In this document: positions 1-9,876 of the stretch, in pieces
How positions within the stretch are numbered: position 1 is the stretch's first letter
Layout of the letters: the number at the start of each line of letters is the position of its first letter
From: an uncultured delta proteobacterium
GTDB lineage: Bacteria > Desulfobacterota > BSN033 > UBA1163
NCBI GenBank assembly: GCA_963827685.1
Contig: CAWHBU010000007.1
Span: forward strand, 64,001 to 128,000
Direction: 5' to 3'
Length of the DNA stretch: 64,000 nucleotides
Position numbers and translations under genes: made by a program
Notes under the pieces: generated by a model
What the model was told of the DNA's origin: nothing
Seen by the model: only the letters and a program-made list of their open reading frames with translations
The model's database searches: none

Positions 1-42
1 ATCTCGTAGAGATTCTGCTCTGTTCGATTCATCCTGAATGGA

Positions 43-1041
43 TTACTTCATCCAACCATACCGTTTCAGGGCATGATGGAAGATGGTTTTGACCAGCCTG
101 GCATAATCCCATCCCATGCTCCTTGCCATCATCACAAGATCTCCATAAACAGGGGAGAGGCCTGGAAGGGGATTGATCTCCAAAAAGTAAGGAATCTTGT
201 CCTCCCCCACTCGGATGTCCACCCGCGACACGTCTCGGCACTCTAAGGCCCGATAGGAGCGGACAGCCACCTCCTGAATTTTTCTCAAAAGATTTTGGTC
301 AACCAGGGGAGGGCAATGGTATCGGACTTTTTCTTCCCACTCTCTCTTTATTTCCAAAGAGTAAATGGATTCTTCCGGAGGTCTTCCCTTGATCTCAATC
401 TGCATGACGCCGAGGACAAAAGGATCCTCGTTGCCCAGGACACCCACCGTGAACTCCGGGCCTCTAACAAATTCTTCTACAAGAAGAGGAGAACCATATG
501 TTTCTAAGAGCCCTCTGCTCTTCTCTTCCAAAGATTGAGGATCCAAAATTTTTGAATCCAGTCGAACTCCCTTGCTTGACCCTTCGTAGCACAGCTTGAC
601 GAATAGAGGGTAACGAAGGTCTAAACCATTCAGATCCTCCATCCTCTCCACTTTCTTAAATCGGGGGGTCGGGACATTTTGGCTCATCACGACTCTCTTC
701 GCCATGGCCTTATCCAAGGTGAGGGAGAGGGTGAGAGGATCGGAGCCGGTATAAGGGATATTTAGAAATTCTAAGAGAGCTGGGATGTGGGCTTCTCGGT
801 TTCGGCCCTGAAGACCTTCTGCGATGTTGAAAACGATATCGACCGATGCCTGCCTTAACCGATCGATCAAACCGGTGTCTCCACCCAGCTTGATGACTTC
901 ATGCCCTTCGCTTTCCAGGACCTTGCGAATGGCGTCGATCGTCTCTTCGGTATCGAACTCTTCCAAAGAATCAATCGGCTGATTTTCTTGCCGAGAAAAA
1001 TCTTTTTTGAGGTTATAGGTGATGCCGACTTTCAATTTCAT
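43..1041 (-). CDS. D-alanine--D-alanine ligase-like ATP-grasp protein
   Basis: ATP-grasp motifs (IPYTGSD, LDKAMAK, EGSSKG, SRVDIR, FLEINPLPG). The N-terminus VGITYNLK...EEFD differs from canonical Ddl. Likely start is ATG 1041; the ORF track extends to 1080 through a palindromic repeat. Confidence 0.8.
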   Translation of the reverse strand: MKLKVGITYNLKKDFSRQENQPIDSLEEFDTEETIDAIRKVLESEGHEVIKLGGDTGLIDRLRQASVDIVFNIAEGLQGRNREAHIPALLEFLNIPYTGSDPLTLSLTLDKAMAKRVVMSQNVPTPRFKKVERMEDLNGLDLRYPLFVKLCYEGSSKGVRLDSKILDPQSLEEKSRGLLETYGSPLLVEEFVRGPEFTVGVLGNEDPFVLGVMQIEIKGRPPEESIYSLEIKREWEEKVRYHCPPLVDQNLLRKIQEVAVRSYRALECRDVSRVDIRVGEDKIPYFLEINPLPGLSPVYGDLVMMARSMGWDYARLVKTIFHHALKRYGWMK

Positions 1042-1228
1042 CTTCGAGACATTCCTGCCTGCGGTTTGCAAGGCAGGCACCAGTAATCTTTCTCCTTTTA
1101 TCTCTGTTTTATATCTTTGTCAACCCTGCTCTGTGAAAAATTGACGCTGGAGGATGAAGGTGAGAGGTCGAAGGTTTGATGCTTGCCTTGAACCTTAAGC
1201 CTTAAACCTCAAGCCTTCATCGACCCGA

Positions 1229-2032
1229 ATGCTTTCGGAAGACATCCTTTTATGTTACATTGTTTTCATGAATCGTCAGGACAAAGGGCTTGGGTTAGGG
1301 ATGAAGAGAGAAGAGATCTTCCAAGCGCTATCTCATTTACGGAAAGGTCTTCTTCAAATCATTATTGTAATCATTCTGAGCGGGATCGTCATCTTCCCCA
1401 TTTCCAAGGAGCTGTTGGGCTATCTCTGTCAAAAAACCCTTGAAACCGATCTCGTTGCTTATTCTATTCCAGAGGCTTTTTTCTCGCTACTCAAATTGAC
1501 CCTTTACACCAGCCTGTTCTCTTCCATTCCGGTGATCTTTTACTATATCTGGAAAGCCTTCTCCCCTCTCTTTCGCTCGAAGGGACTGAATTCGGCAAAT
1601 GGGATTCTTTTTGCGTCCATCTTCCTTTTCTATCTCGGTGCGTTTTTTTGCTTCTTCGTCGCCTTGCCGAATGGCGTTAAGTTTCTCTTAGGGTATCAAT
1701 CCGCCCATATCAAACCGATGATCTCTGCGGGAAAATACGTCTCCTTTTGCATGATCTTCATTTTTGGATTTGGGTTGACTTTCGAACTTCCGTTAATCCT
1801 CGCTTTATTGAGCTATCTCAGAGTGGTGCGTGCATCGTTTTTGACTCGAAACCGGAAGTATGCTATTTTGGCTATAGCGATTATAGCGGCTGTCGTCACA
1901 CCCACCCCAGATGTTTTTAACATGAGTTTAATGGGTGTCCCGATGTATGTCTTATTCGAGGTCGGAGTGATTGCGGTCAAAGTGATCGAGCGAAAAAGGG
2001 CCAGACCTGAGATGTCTCTCTCCCAAAAATAG
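1229..2032 (+). CDS. tatC: Twin-arginine translocase subunit TatC
   Basis: Multi-TM protein with FGLTFELP and AAVVTPTPDVFNM...PMYVLFE TatC motifs. The true start may be 1268 or 1301. Confidence 0.88.
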   Translation: MLSEDILLCYIVFMNRQDKGLGLGMKREEIFQALSHLRKGLLQIIIVIILSGIVIFPISKELLGYLCQKTLETDLVAYSIPEAFFSLLKLTLYTSLFSSIPVIFYYIWKAFSPLFRSKGLNSANGILFASIFLFYLGAFFCFFVALPNGVKFLLGYQSAHIKPMISAGKYVSFCMIFIFGFGLTFELPLILALLSYLRVVRASFLTRNRKYAILAIAIIAAVVTPTPDVFNMSLMGVPMYVLFEVGVIAVKVIERKRARPEMSLSQK

Positions 2033-2034
2033 AG

Positions 2035-3738
2035 ATGGAAGCAGACAAACCCACTCCCATCACGCCCCTCTCCATGGCATGGATCCGATCCCTTACCCAT
2101 CAAAGGATCTCCCAAATTGGACTGAAGACCAAGATCACCTTTCTCATCATCTTCATCGTTGTCGGGGTTCTCCTTCTCGCCAGTTATTTAGACTATCACT
2201 TTGCAAGAAAGGATCAGATCGACCTCACCTTAAATCGAAATATTCTCATTGCAAAGCAAATCGATGCCTCGATTCCAGATCGGGCGATTCAAGAGGACCT
2301 CCCTCACATCCGAGACGAAGTGGAAGAGTGGTTATTGAGTCGTCCCTTTTTGATGGAAATTGATGTCTTTCTTTTCTCCGCCAAGGACTGGGAAATCGTC
2401 GTCTCTCATTCAAGGGACATGCATCAGACGTCATTGGTCTTGTCTAAAGATCAAATCAATCGGTTGAAGAAGGACAAAGACCTCTCCTCGCTCCATGACG
2501 TGGGAGGGGAGAAATGGCTGGAGGTTATTGTTCCCCTTCATTTGGGAACAAAAGTGACGGGTGGGATTCGATTGGTCAGCTCTTTGGATGAAGCCCAAAG
2601 CTTTTTAAGCAAGAAGAGAGATCGGGCTATTCTCCTGACTTTCTTCAGCATCCTCGTCATCTTGATCACACTAACCATCCTCTTTGGGAAACTGGTCGGA
2701 GATCCCATTCAGAGATTAGTAGAGGCCATGTCCCGTGCAGAAAAAGGCGATTTGGAGGCGGAAGCTCGCATTCAAAGTGAAGATGAACTGGGAAAATTGG
2801 GAAGAAATTTTAATCGAATGCTCAGGACGATTCGGGAGACCCATGAGCAAAATGCTCAACTCTTGAGACAGGTCAGCCAGTTCAATGAGGAGTTGACCCG
2901 GAGGATCGAGGCCGCTACCTCGGAATTGGCCAAAAGGAACGAAGAGCTGAGGCTTCTCAATGAAGCCCTGTTTGAATCTCAAAGGCAATTAGGTCAATCT
3001 GAAAAACTCGCTGCCGTGGGACAAGTCACCGCCACGATGGCCCATCAAATCGGAACCCCCCTGAATTCGATCTCCGGCTATATTCAGCTCGTTCTGCAGG
3101 ATGGGAATCTTCATCCCAAAGATCGAGACCGACTCAAAATCGTCGAATCGCAACTGGATCGGCTGGCCGACTCGGTTAAGAGCTTCCTCTCTTTTACCCG
3201 GCAGCCTAAACCCCAGTTGAGGTCTCTGGATGTCAACGAAGTGCTGGAAGAGTTGATCCGTTTGAATGAACCCTGGTTTCTTGCGCGAAATGTGAAACTC
3301 TCTGCACACCTCTCCCCGGATCTCCCCCCCATCTTGGGGGATCTGACCCATCTTCAAACCCTCTTTCTTAACCTGATCACGAATGCGTTAGACGCCATGC
3401 CCCAAGGAGGAGCGCTGACGATCAAGACCCAGCCAGTTCCCCCTCCCCTCCACTCAGAGGATGGAAGATGGCTGGAAATCTCGATTGCCGATACCGGAAT
3501 TGGCATTACTGAGGAATCAAAAAAGAGGATCTTCGACCCTTTCTTCACTACAAAAAAAATGGGAGAAGGCACGGGATTGGGCTTGGCGATCTGTGAGAAG
3601 ATTATAAAAGAACACTCTGGAATGATAGAGGTAAAAAGTGAAGTGGGAAAAGGGAGCACGTTTTTCATTTCCATTCCGGTCTTTGAAAGAAACGAAACCG
3701 ATGAACAAAACATCAGCCCATCTCTTGGTCGTGGATGA
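2035..3738 (+). CDS. HAMP-domain sensor histidine kinase (NtrB-like)
   Basis: Two TM helices, HAMP (DELGKLGRNFNRM), H-box MAHQIGTPL, N-box NLITNALDAM, G boxes DTGIGI and GTGLGL. Confidence 0.93.
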   Translation: MEADKPTPITPLSMAWIRSLTHQRISQIGLKTKITFLIIFIVVGVLLLASYLDYHFARKDQIDLTLNRNILIAKQIDASIPDRAIQEDLPHIRDEVEEWLLSRPFLMEIDVFLFSAKDWEIVVSHSRDMHQTSLVLSKDQINRLKKDKDLSSLHDVGGEKWLEVIVPLHLGTKVTGGIRLVSSLDEAQSFLSKKRDRAILLTFFSILVILITLTILFGKLVGDPIQRLVEAMSRAEKGDLEAEARIQSEDELGKLGRNFNRMLRTIRETHEQNAQLLRQVSQFNEELTRRIEAATSELAKRNEELRLLNEALFESQRQLGQSEKLAAVGQVTATMAHQIGTPLNSISGYIQLVLQDGNLHPKDRDRLKIVESQLDRLADSVKSFLSFTRQPKPQLRSLDVNEVLEELIRLNEPWFLARNVKLSAHLSPDLPPILGDLTHLQTLFLNLITNALDAMPQGGALTIKTQPVPPPLHSEDGRWLEISIADTGIGITEESKKRIFDPFFTTKKMGEGTGLGLAICEKIIKEHSGMIEVKSEVGKGSTFFISIPVFERNETDEQNISPSLGRG

Positions 3739-5056
3739 TGATCCAGTCACCATCGATCTATTAAAAGAAGTGCTTTCCAAAGAAGGGTATGAAGTCTCCA
3801 CCGCCTTAAGCGGCGAAGAAGCCATTGCTCGAGGGGAGGGTAACCTTTTTGACATCATCCTCACCGATGTACGGATGGGAGAAAAAGACGGGATGGACGT
3901 ACTTCGGTTCTTCAAGAAGAACGCTCCGGACACCACCGTGATTATGATCACCGCCTTTGGATCCATTGAGACCGCCATCGAGGCCATCCGGGAAGGAGCA
4001 TACGACTACATCAGCAAACCTTTTAAGCTGGATGAGATCAAATTTACTATCCAGAGGGCTTTAGAGCAGAGAAGGCTTATCCAGGAAAACAAATTTTATC
4101 GACAGGAACTTCTTGAAAAGTATCAATTTGAGAATGTCATCGGACGAACTCCTCAAATGTTTCAAGTCTATAAAACCATTGCTAAAGTAGCGGACACAAA
4201 ATCCACAGTACTTCTATGTGGAGAAAGAGGAACAGGAAAAGAACTGATCGCTCGCTCCATTCATTACAATAGTCAAAGAAATAACTGCCCCTTCATTCCT
4301 GTCGACTGCGCTTCATTGGTGGAGACATTAATAGAAAGTGAGTTATTTGGCCATGTCCGAGGAGCTTTCACAGGAGCCTCCACTGCCAAAAGGGGCCTCT
4401 TTGAGGAGGCGGACGGCGGAACGCTCTTCCTCGATGAAGTGGGTAATCTCAGCCTCTCGATGCAATCGAAGCTTTTAAGATTTCTACAGGAACATGAAAT
4501 CAAAAGGGTGGGAGGGACAGAAAGCGTTAAAGTCGATATCCGGGTCATTGCCGCGACCAATCAACCGTTGGAACCGCTCGTGAAAAGTGGAAGATTCAGG
4601 GAGGATCTCTTCGATCGACTCAATGTTGTAACAATCACGCTGCCTCCCTTGAGGGAAAGGAAGGAGGATATTCCTTCATTGGCTAACCATTTCCTACAGA
4701 AATTTTCCGAAGAGAACCACAAGAATATCTCTCATATCTCGCCAGAAGCTCTCGAAATCCTCACCCAATATTCCTGGCCAGGGAATGTCCGTGAGTTGGA
4801 GCATACCATAGAAAGAGCCGTCATTTTTTCGATTCATCCCATTATCCTTCCGGAAGACCTCCCTAAGAAGTCAGCCGAAGAAATCAAGGAGCCAGAGATT
4901 CTGATTTCTGAAGAACCCTTATCATTAAAAGAGTTAGAAAAAAGATATGTGTTAAAGGTGCTCCAAGAGACCGGAGGAAATAAAAAGAAAGCGTCCGAAA
5001 TTTTGGGTATTGATCGAACAACCCTCTATAAAATATTACAGAAAGAGGATGTGTAG
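3701..5056 (+). CDS. Sigma54-dependent response regulator (NtrC/AtoC family)
   Basis: Receiver domain (VVDDD, TDVRM), AAA+ GERGTGKE, ESELFGHVRGAFTGA, WPGNVREL, C-terminal Fis HTH. Start ATG 3701 overlaps the kinase end. Confidence 0.95.
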   Translation: MNKTSAHLLVVDDDPVTIDLLKEVLSKEGYEVSTALSGEEAIARGEGNLFDIILTDVRMGEKDGMDVLRFFKKNAPDTTVIMITAFGSIETAIEAIREGAYDYISKPFKLDEIKFTIQRALEQRRLIQENKFYRQELLEKYQFENVIGRTPQMFQVYKTIAKVADTKSTVLLCGERGTGKELIARSIHYNSQRNNCPFIPVDCASLVETLIESELFGHVRGAFTGASTAKRGLFEEADGGTLFLDEVGNLSLSMQSKLLRFLQEHEIKRVGGTESVKVDIRVIAATNQPLEPLVKSGRFREDLFDRLNVVTITLPPLRERKEDIPSLANHFLQKFSEENHKNISHISPEALEILTQYSWPGNVRELEHTIERAVIFSIHPIILPEDLPKKSAEEIKEPEILISEEPLSLKELEKRYVLKVLQETGGNKKKASEILGIDRTTLYKILQKEDV

Positions 5057-5099
5057 ATATTTGCAACACTCTCCAGTGGCTGTGTCGAATCTTACAACA
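5052..5099 (+). promoter_or_regulatory. Tandem putative enhancer (UAS) sites for a sigma54 activator
   Basis: TGTAGATATTTGCAACA (5052-5068) and TGTCGAATCTTACAACA (5083-5099) are TGT-N11-ACA sites 31 bp apart, 80-130 bp upstream of a -24/-12 promoter. Confidence 0.6.
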
Positions 5100-5180
5100 T
5101 GCCCCTCCTCACAAAATTTCTATTAGAATGTTTTATCTTGTAAATTCAAATAGTTAAAAATATTGTCTTATAATTTTCTT

Positions 5181-5196
5181 TGGCACCGATTTTGCT
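5181..5196 (+). promoter_or_regulatory. Sigma54 (-24/-12) promoter
   Basis: TGGCAC-CGATT-TTGCT is an exact match to TGGCAC-N5-TTGCW, 40 bp upstream of the 5237 start. Confidence 0.88.
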
Positions 5197-5236
5197 ATTA
5201 CATAATTTAGACTTAATGAGAAGGGAGGTGAATTGA

Positions 5237-5611
5237 ATGAAAAAGACGATTCTGTTAGTGGTCATGCTTACTTTGGCAGCTTTTGTCTCCGGAGCCATTG
5301 CAGCAGCCCCTCCAAAAGCAGCAACGACTGCTCCTGCAGCAGCCACGACCGCGCCTGTTAAATTGGAAAAGTTCGGCGGAGCGATTAAGAGCGTGGATGC
5401 AGTGGCAAAGAGCCTTGTCGTTGTCAAGGGGAAGGTAGAGAAGACCTTTGTGGTCACCGCTGATACAAAGATTACGAAGGGCAAGGAGGCTCTCAAATTT
5501 GAGGATCTGAAGGCTGGAATGAATGTCGGCGTCGAGTACAAGAAGGAAATGGACAAGATGGTCGCTGTTGCGATCAAAGTGTCCGTCCCAAAGGCTGCAC
5601 CAAAGAAGTAA
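5237..5611 (+). CDS. Small secreted Ala/Lys-rich protein (OB-fold/DUF5666-like)
   Basis: Strong RBS GGAGGTG, signal peptide, Ala/Pro linker, beta-rich domain (TFVVTADTKI...DLKAGMNVGVEY). Confidence 0.8.
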   Translation: MKKTILLVVMLTLAAFVSGAIAAAPPKAATTAPAAATTAPVKLEKFGGAIKSVDAVAKSLVVVKGKVEKTFVVTADTKITKGKEALKFEDLKAGMNVGVEYKKEMDKMVAVAIKVSVPKAAPKK

Positions 5612-5639
5612 TATAGGGGTATTGAAAAATCTGTTCCAT

Positions 5640-5672
5640 AAAAAAGGCCCACGTACGAGGTGGGCTTTTTTT
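5640..5672 (+). terminator. Rho-independent terminator (probably bidirectional)
   Basis: AAAAAGGCCCAC-loop-GTGGGCTTTTTTT between convergent genes. Confidence 0.8.
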
Positions 5673-5717
5673 ATGCGAGAGAAAAGCATTCCTAAGTAAG
5701 CAACTCTCTCACCTTTA

Positions 5718-5818
5718 CCCCGTTAAAAAGCCCCAGCATTGACCCTGAGGATGGTAGAAATAGAAAGCATCAGCTCCTTATTTAGGGCGGGGTCAAAACC
5801 CTGCTCTTTCTAACGGGG
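5718..5818. mobile_element. MITE (~100 bp) with terminal inverted repeats
   Basis: Ends CCCCGTTAAAAAG ... CTTTCTAACGGGG, flanked by TTTA on both sides (5714-5717, 5819-5822). Confidence 0.65.
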
Positions 5819-5819
5819 T

Positions 5820-6128
5820 TTACTTTGAACTTTTCAAAATGTTGACCGTAAAGGCCACCGGGGTTCCCCGCTGTAATAAATATTCCACCTTCACTCTTTC
5901 TCCGGGATTCGGGTACCGATGGGGAACGTAGACAGTCTTACGCCCAATTCTAAAATTGACAATGGCTCTATCCTTTTGGCTCTCCACATCCAACCATAGC
6001 CCCGCTCGAATCCCTATGACCTTACCCGTCAGAACGGAAAATTTCTCCTGGGCCATCAAGTGATTTGCTTCTAACACGAGCAATGCAATGATGAAAGCGA
6101 AGATTAAAATTCTTTTGAAAACCTTCAT
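5820..6128 (-). CDS. Hypothetical secreted protein
   Basis: RBS AAGGAGG, N-terminal signal peptide, 102 aa. Confidence 0.7.
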   Translation of the reverse strand: MKVFKRILIFAFIIALLVLEANHLMAQEKFSVLTGKVIGIRAGLWLDVESQKDRAIVNFRIGRKTVYVPHRYPNPGERVKVEYLLQRGTPVAFTVNILKSSK

Positions 6129-6179
6129 CTCTTGACCTCCTTGGCCAAATAAATCCCTCTCCTGTCTGTAACGCCTTGG

Positions 6180-7220
6180 CTAAGTCGGCACGGTCCATTG
6201 AGAAGACTTTTCCGTAAAAATACAGATTTTATTCCGTCCCCCCCTTTTGGCATCATAGAGCGCCTGGTCTGCCATCTTGACCAATTCTTCTCTCGACTTC
6301 ACTCGATGACTTGGAAAATTGGAGATTCCCATGCTAAGGGTTAAATTGACTTGAGCCCGTCCCACTTCGAAGGGGGTATTTTCCACCAACTGTCGAATTC
6401 GCTCCGCAATCACGAAAGACTGTTCCAAGCCAGCCTCTGGCAATATCAAAATAAACTCTTCACCCCCATAACGAGCGACGGTGTCTTTCTTTCGAACCGA
6501 AGCTTTCAATAAAGAAGAAATTTTGCAGAGGACCTGATCCCCTTCAGTGTGTCCAAAGGTATCATTCACCTTCTTAAAAAAGTCTATATCCACCATCACC
6601 AAAGAAATGGGAGCACCACTGTAAAAAGATTTCTGGGCTTCCACCTCAAGCCTTTCCTCGAAATATCTCCGATTATAAAGACCGGTCAGAGTATCATAAA
6701 TGGCCATGTTTTTGACTGAACTAAACCTTTGAAAATGTTTTAAGGTCGCTGCCATCTGGTATCCGATGACGGAAAGGAATTGTAGATCTTGGGCATCAAA
6801 GGCATTGGGTTGATCGCTATTAAGGGAAATGCATCCTAAGATCTCCCCCTCCACAGCAAGGGGCAACGTGAGGTGTGACTTTAAGGTCGCTTTCGGATCC
6901 ATCATCATCTGTTTGGGCCTCAGCTTCCTTTTCTCCACTTGAAGGGCAATTCGCTCGGCATCGATGGGCTCCTCTCCCAGGATTGAAAAAACGTTCATCA
7001 TGTTCTTCACCACCTCTTGGGCGAAGGAAGGAGGACAAGATTCTTCTTGGTACAGGAAGAGAACGAGATCCTCTTTCCAAAATACTCCAAAGGAAGTGAA
7101 GTCAAACAAATTGGGAAGATTGTTTCCGGCCGATTCGACGATTTCCTTGATCTCAATGCTCGTGCTGATGGCATTGATGGTAGAACGGAGCACGTTTAGA
7201 TTTTTAAAAATCAGCCTCAC
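6180..7220 (-). CDS. GAF-GGDEF diguanylate cyclase
   Basis: DTLTGLYNRR, DIDFFKKVNDTFGH, RKKD I-site, GGEEF active site, upstream GAF-like region. Confidence 0.92.
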   Translation of the reverse strand: MRLIFKNLNVLRSTINAISTSIEIKEIVESAGNNLPNLFDFTSFGVFWKEDLVLFLYQEESCPPSFAQEVVKNMMNVFSILGEEPIDAERIALQVEKRKLRPKQMMMDPKATLKSHLTLPLAVEGEILGCISLNSDQPNAFDAQDLQFLSVIGYQMAATLKHFQRFSSVKNMAIYDTLTGLYNRRYFEERLEVEAQKSFYSGAPISLVMVDIDFFKKVNDTFGHTEGDQVLCKISSLLKASVRKKDTVARYGGEEFILILPEAGLEQSFVIAERIRQLVENTPFEVGRAQVNLTLSMGISNFPSHRVKSREELVKMADQALYDAKRGGRNKICIFTEKSSQWTVPT

Positions 7221-7233
7221 CGAAGTCCCCCCC

Positions 7234-7632
7234 CTATTTTGGGGAAATAATTCGCTCGGCCTCTTTGACTTTCGTGAAAACCTTTGGAAAGAGTTCTTTA
7301 TTGATCACCCCATCTGCCAAGGCCGAAAAAAGATGGGAGAGTTGATTGATCAGGCCTTGAAAACCTCGATGAATTTCCACAGGAGCAACAGTCCGGCAAT
7401 CCTCCTTCACCCTTTCCCATGAAATACCTTCCTCAGAAACCTTGAGAGAAAGCAAAAAGGGATGCTTCTCCCCAAGCTTTTGAATGGCCAAGGTGAAAAG
7501 AAATGCCAAAATGGCTTCTCCGATCAAGGCCGACACAATCTCCCAGAGCTCCGTCAAAAGATCTGAATAGAGATCCAAAACGAGATCAGAGGACCATTTT
7601 ACTCCCCTATCCTTTTTCATCGTCGGTGCCAT
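7234..7632 (-). CDS. Hypothetical protein, likely co-transcribed with the cyclase
   Basis: 132 aa ORF tightly packed between co-oriented genes. Confidence 0.65.
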   Translation of the reverse strand: MAPTMKKDRGVKWSSDLVLDLYSDLLTELWEIVSALIGEAILAFLFTLAIQKLGEKHPFLLSLKVSEEGISWERVKEDCRTVAPVEIHRGFQGLINQLSHLFSALADGVINKELFPKVFTKVKEAERIISPK

Positions 7633-7641
7633 TTTCGCTCC

Positions 7642-8367
7642 CTAAAACTCTTTTCCTTTTTCCCTTTTTAATTTTTTTACCAGATTATGAATTTCCTCAT
7701 GGTAGATATAAAAGGCCAGAATCGCCAAGGTGGATATCCCCAACAGGAGCAAAAAGAGCCTGTATTGATGTTCGAAGGCCTTCGCCCCCTGAAGAGTTGC
7801 CATCAATGTTCCGGGTATCCTTCCAATGGTAGAAATGATCAAAAAAATACCCAGATGCATGGGGGTCAGGCCCAAAATGTAACAGAGAGCATCCTTCGGA
7901 AAACCCGGGAGTAAAAAAAGGATGAAACTAAGAATGACTCCCTCATGTTCAACCAAATAATCAAATTTTTTTCTTGTCTTTTCTGAAACAAACTTTTCAA
8001 CAGCTATTCTCTCAAAAATCCTTGCCAGACTAAAGGCAAGCCAAGATCCCAAGATGAGCCCGATCATGGAATAAAGCATCCCAGCCCACACCCCGAACAG
8101 GTAACCTCCTAAGAATTCTATAGCCCCACCTGGAATGGGGGCAACCACCACTTGGATGATTTGGAGCAGGATATAGACTAAAGGAGCATAGGGCCCGTAA
8201 GACTTGACGACTATCTTTAATTGGTGATGATCTCGATAGATATCATAAAGTTTCACTGCCTGGCTCCATAGCTGGGAATGATAATGGTAGATGATAAAAA
8301 GAATGATTCCCACCAAAATAGATAGGAGCAGAATCCATTTCGGTTTTTTCAGGAACGATCGGGCCAT
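7642..8367 (-). CDS. TVP38/TMEM64 (DedA/VTT) family membrane protein
   Basis: QVVVAPIPG, GGYLFG, LFLLPGFPKDALCY, GRIPG motifs. Confidence 0.88.
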   Translation of the reverse strand: MARSFLKKPKWILLLSILVGIILFIIYHYHSQLWSQAVKLYDIYRDHHQLKIVVKSYGPYAPLVYILLQIIQVVVAPIPGGAIEFLGGYLFGVWAGMLYSMIGLILGSWLAFSLARIFERIAVEKFVSEKTRKKFDYLVEHEGVILSFILFLLPGFPKDALCYILGLTPMHLGIFLIISTIGRIPGTLMATLQGAKAFEHQYRLFLLLLGISTLAILAFYIYHEEIHNLVKKLKREKGKEF

Positions 8368-8746
8368 AAATCAAGGGCATTCAATCATGAGCCAGTTTTC
8401 TTTATGTTTCCATAACATAAAAATAACCTTGAGTAAAGCAGGTTGTTTTCAAAATTGTTTGGTCAGAGAATGTAGATCCAGATATTAGAGAAGAGTAATC
8501 CTTAATGGACATCTGAAAATGTGATCTATTCGTCTCTCAGCCATGACTAGTGCCAGCGGCAGTGTGGTACGGCGGGGAGACTATAAGTGTTTTGGGGAGG
8601 AATATAATGTGCAGGGGTGCCCCGTCTACATGGGCCGTTGCCAAAATAATTGTAAGAATGAAAGGGATGCTGCTGAAGAATATTGTCCTTGATTGGTGAG
8701 GCAGGAGGTGCAGGAAATTCGATAAACTCTTCAGCCCTATACTTCC

Positions 8747-9799
8747 TTACAGATTCAGATATTTCAGCACTCTTTCTTTTTTGGGCGGAAGAGAGACAGG
8801 TTTCTGGGAGACTCGAATGGCAATGTCCGGGTCCTTCAAACCATGGCCCGTGATGGTTAATACGGCGACATCCCCTTTCTTAAAAAAACCTTTCCGATGA
8901 AGTTTTATCACTCCTGCCAGAGAGGCTGCAGAAGCGGGTTCGCAGAAGATTCCTTCCAGGCTCGCCATCATCCGATAAGCTTCGAGAATCTCTTCATCGC
9001 TCACTATGTCGATTAAGCCACCGGATTCATCCCGGGCTGCGACGGCCTGTTTCCAACTGGCTGGGTTCCCAATTCGAATAGCTGTAGCGATGGTTTCAGG
9101 CCGCTCAATGACTTTTCCTTTGACAATGGGTGCAGCCCCTTCTGCCTGAAATCCCAACATCTTTGGAAGACCATCCATTCTCCCTTTTTCCCAATATTCC
9201 TTGTATCCTTTCCAATAGGCTGTGATATTCCCGGCGTTGCCCACAGGGAGGCAATGGTATGTGGGAACAAATCCTAAGTGGTCAATAACCTCGAAGGAGG
9301 CTGTCTTCTGGCCCTCAATCCGATAGGGATTGAGGGAGTTGACCAAGGTGACGGGCTCTGTCTCGGAAATTTCTCTGACGATGTGAAGGGCTTCGTCAAA
9401 GTTTCCTTCGATTTGGATGACCTGGGCTCCATGGGCCATTGCTTGAGATAACTTGCCGAGGGCAATCTTTCCCTCAGGAATAAGAACATAGGCCTTCATT
9501 CCCGCCTTGGAGGCATAGGCGGCTGCGGAGGCGGAGGTGTTTCCTGTAGAAGCACAGATGACCGCTTTGGAGGCCATTTCTTTTGCCATGGAAACAGCAA
9601 CAGTCATTCCTCGATCTTTGAAAGAGCCCGTGGGATTGAGACCTTCATATTTAAAATAGAGGTCAACCCCAGAAGTCACTTCCTTCTGAATCCGAGAAGA
9701 AGGGATGAGTGGAGTATTCCCTTCGAGCAAGGTGACGATGCTTTCCTCTTCCCTAACAGGTAAAAAATCCCAATATTCTCGAATCACCCCACGCCACAT
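8747..9799 (-). CDS. thrC: Threonine synthase
   Basis: EGLNPTGSFKDRG PLP lysine, CASTGNTSAS, PVGNAGNI, TGHGLKD. Downstream of hom. Confidence 0.95.
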   Translation of the reverse strand: MWRGVIREYWDFLPVREEESIVTLLEGNTPLIPSSRIQKEVTSGVDLYFKYEGLNPTGSFKDRGMTVAVSMAKEMASKAVICASTGNTSASAAAYASKAGMKAYVLIPEGKIALGKLSQAMAHGAQVIQIEGNFDEALHIVREISETEPVTLVNSLNPYRIEGQKTASFEVIDHLGFVPTYHCLPVGNAGNITAYWKGYKEYWEKGRMDGLPKMLGFQAEGAAPIVKGKVIERPETIATAIRIGNPASWKQAVAARDESGGLIDIVSDEEILEAYRMMASLEGIFCEPASAASLAGVIKLHRKGFFKKGDVAVLTITGHGLKDPDIAIRVSQKPVSLPPKKERVLKYLNL

Positions 9800-9876
9800 G
9801 ATTTTACCCCAATCCAGTTCGGAGTTTTCAGTTCGGAGAAAGACCTAAAAATAATTTAATACTCCGAACACCGAAC

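Noticed and set aside
1-32. Possible start of a minus-strand gene (MNRTEQNLYE...) running off the window
   Set aside because: Only 10 codons are visible, so no product can be supported.
6180-7220. Possible Hypr GGDEF (3',3'-cGAMP synthase)
   Set aside because: The specificity position is the canonical Asp (GHTEGD), not Ser/Thr.
8505-8546. ATG GAC ATC TGA AAA TGT as a possible selenocysteine ORF
   Set aside because: There is a second in-frame TGA, no recognisable SECIS and no selenoprotein family similarity.
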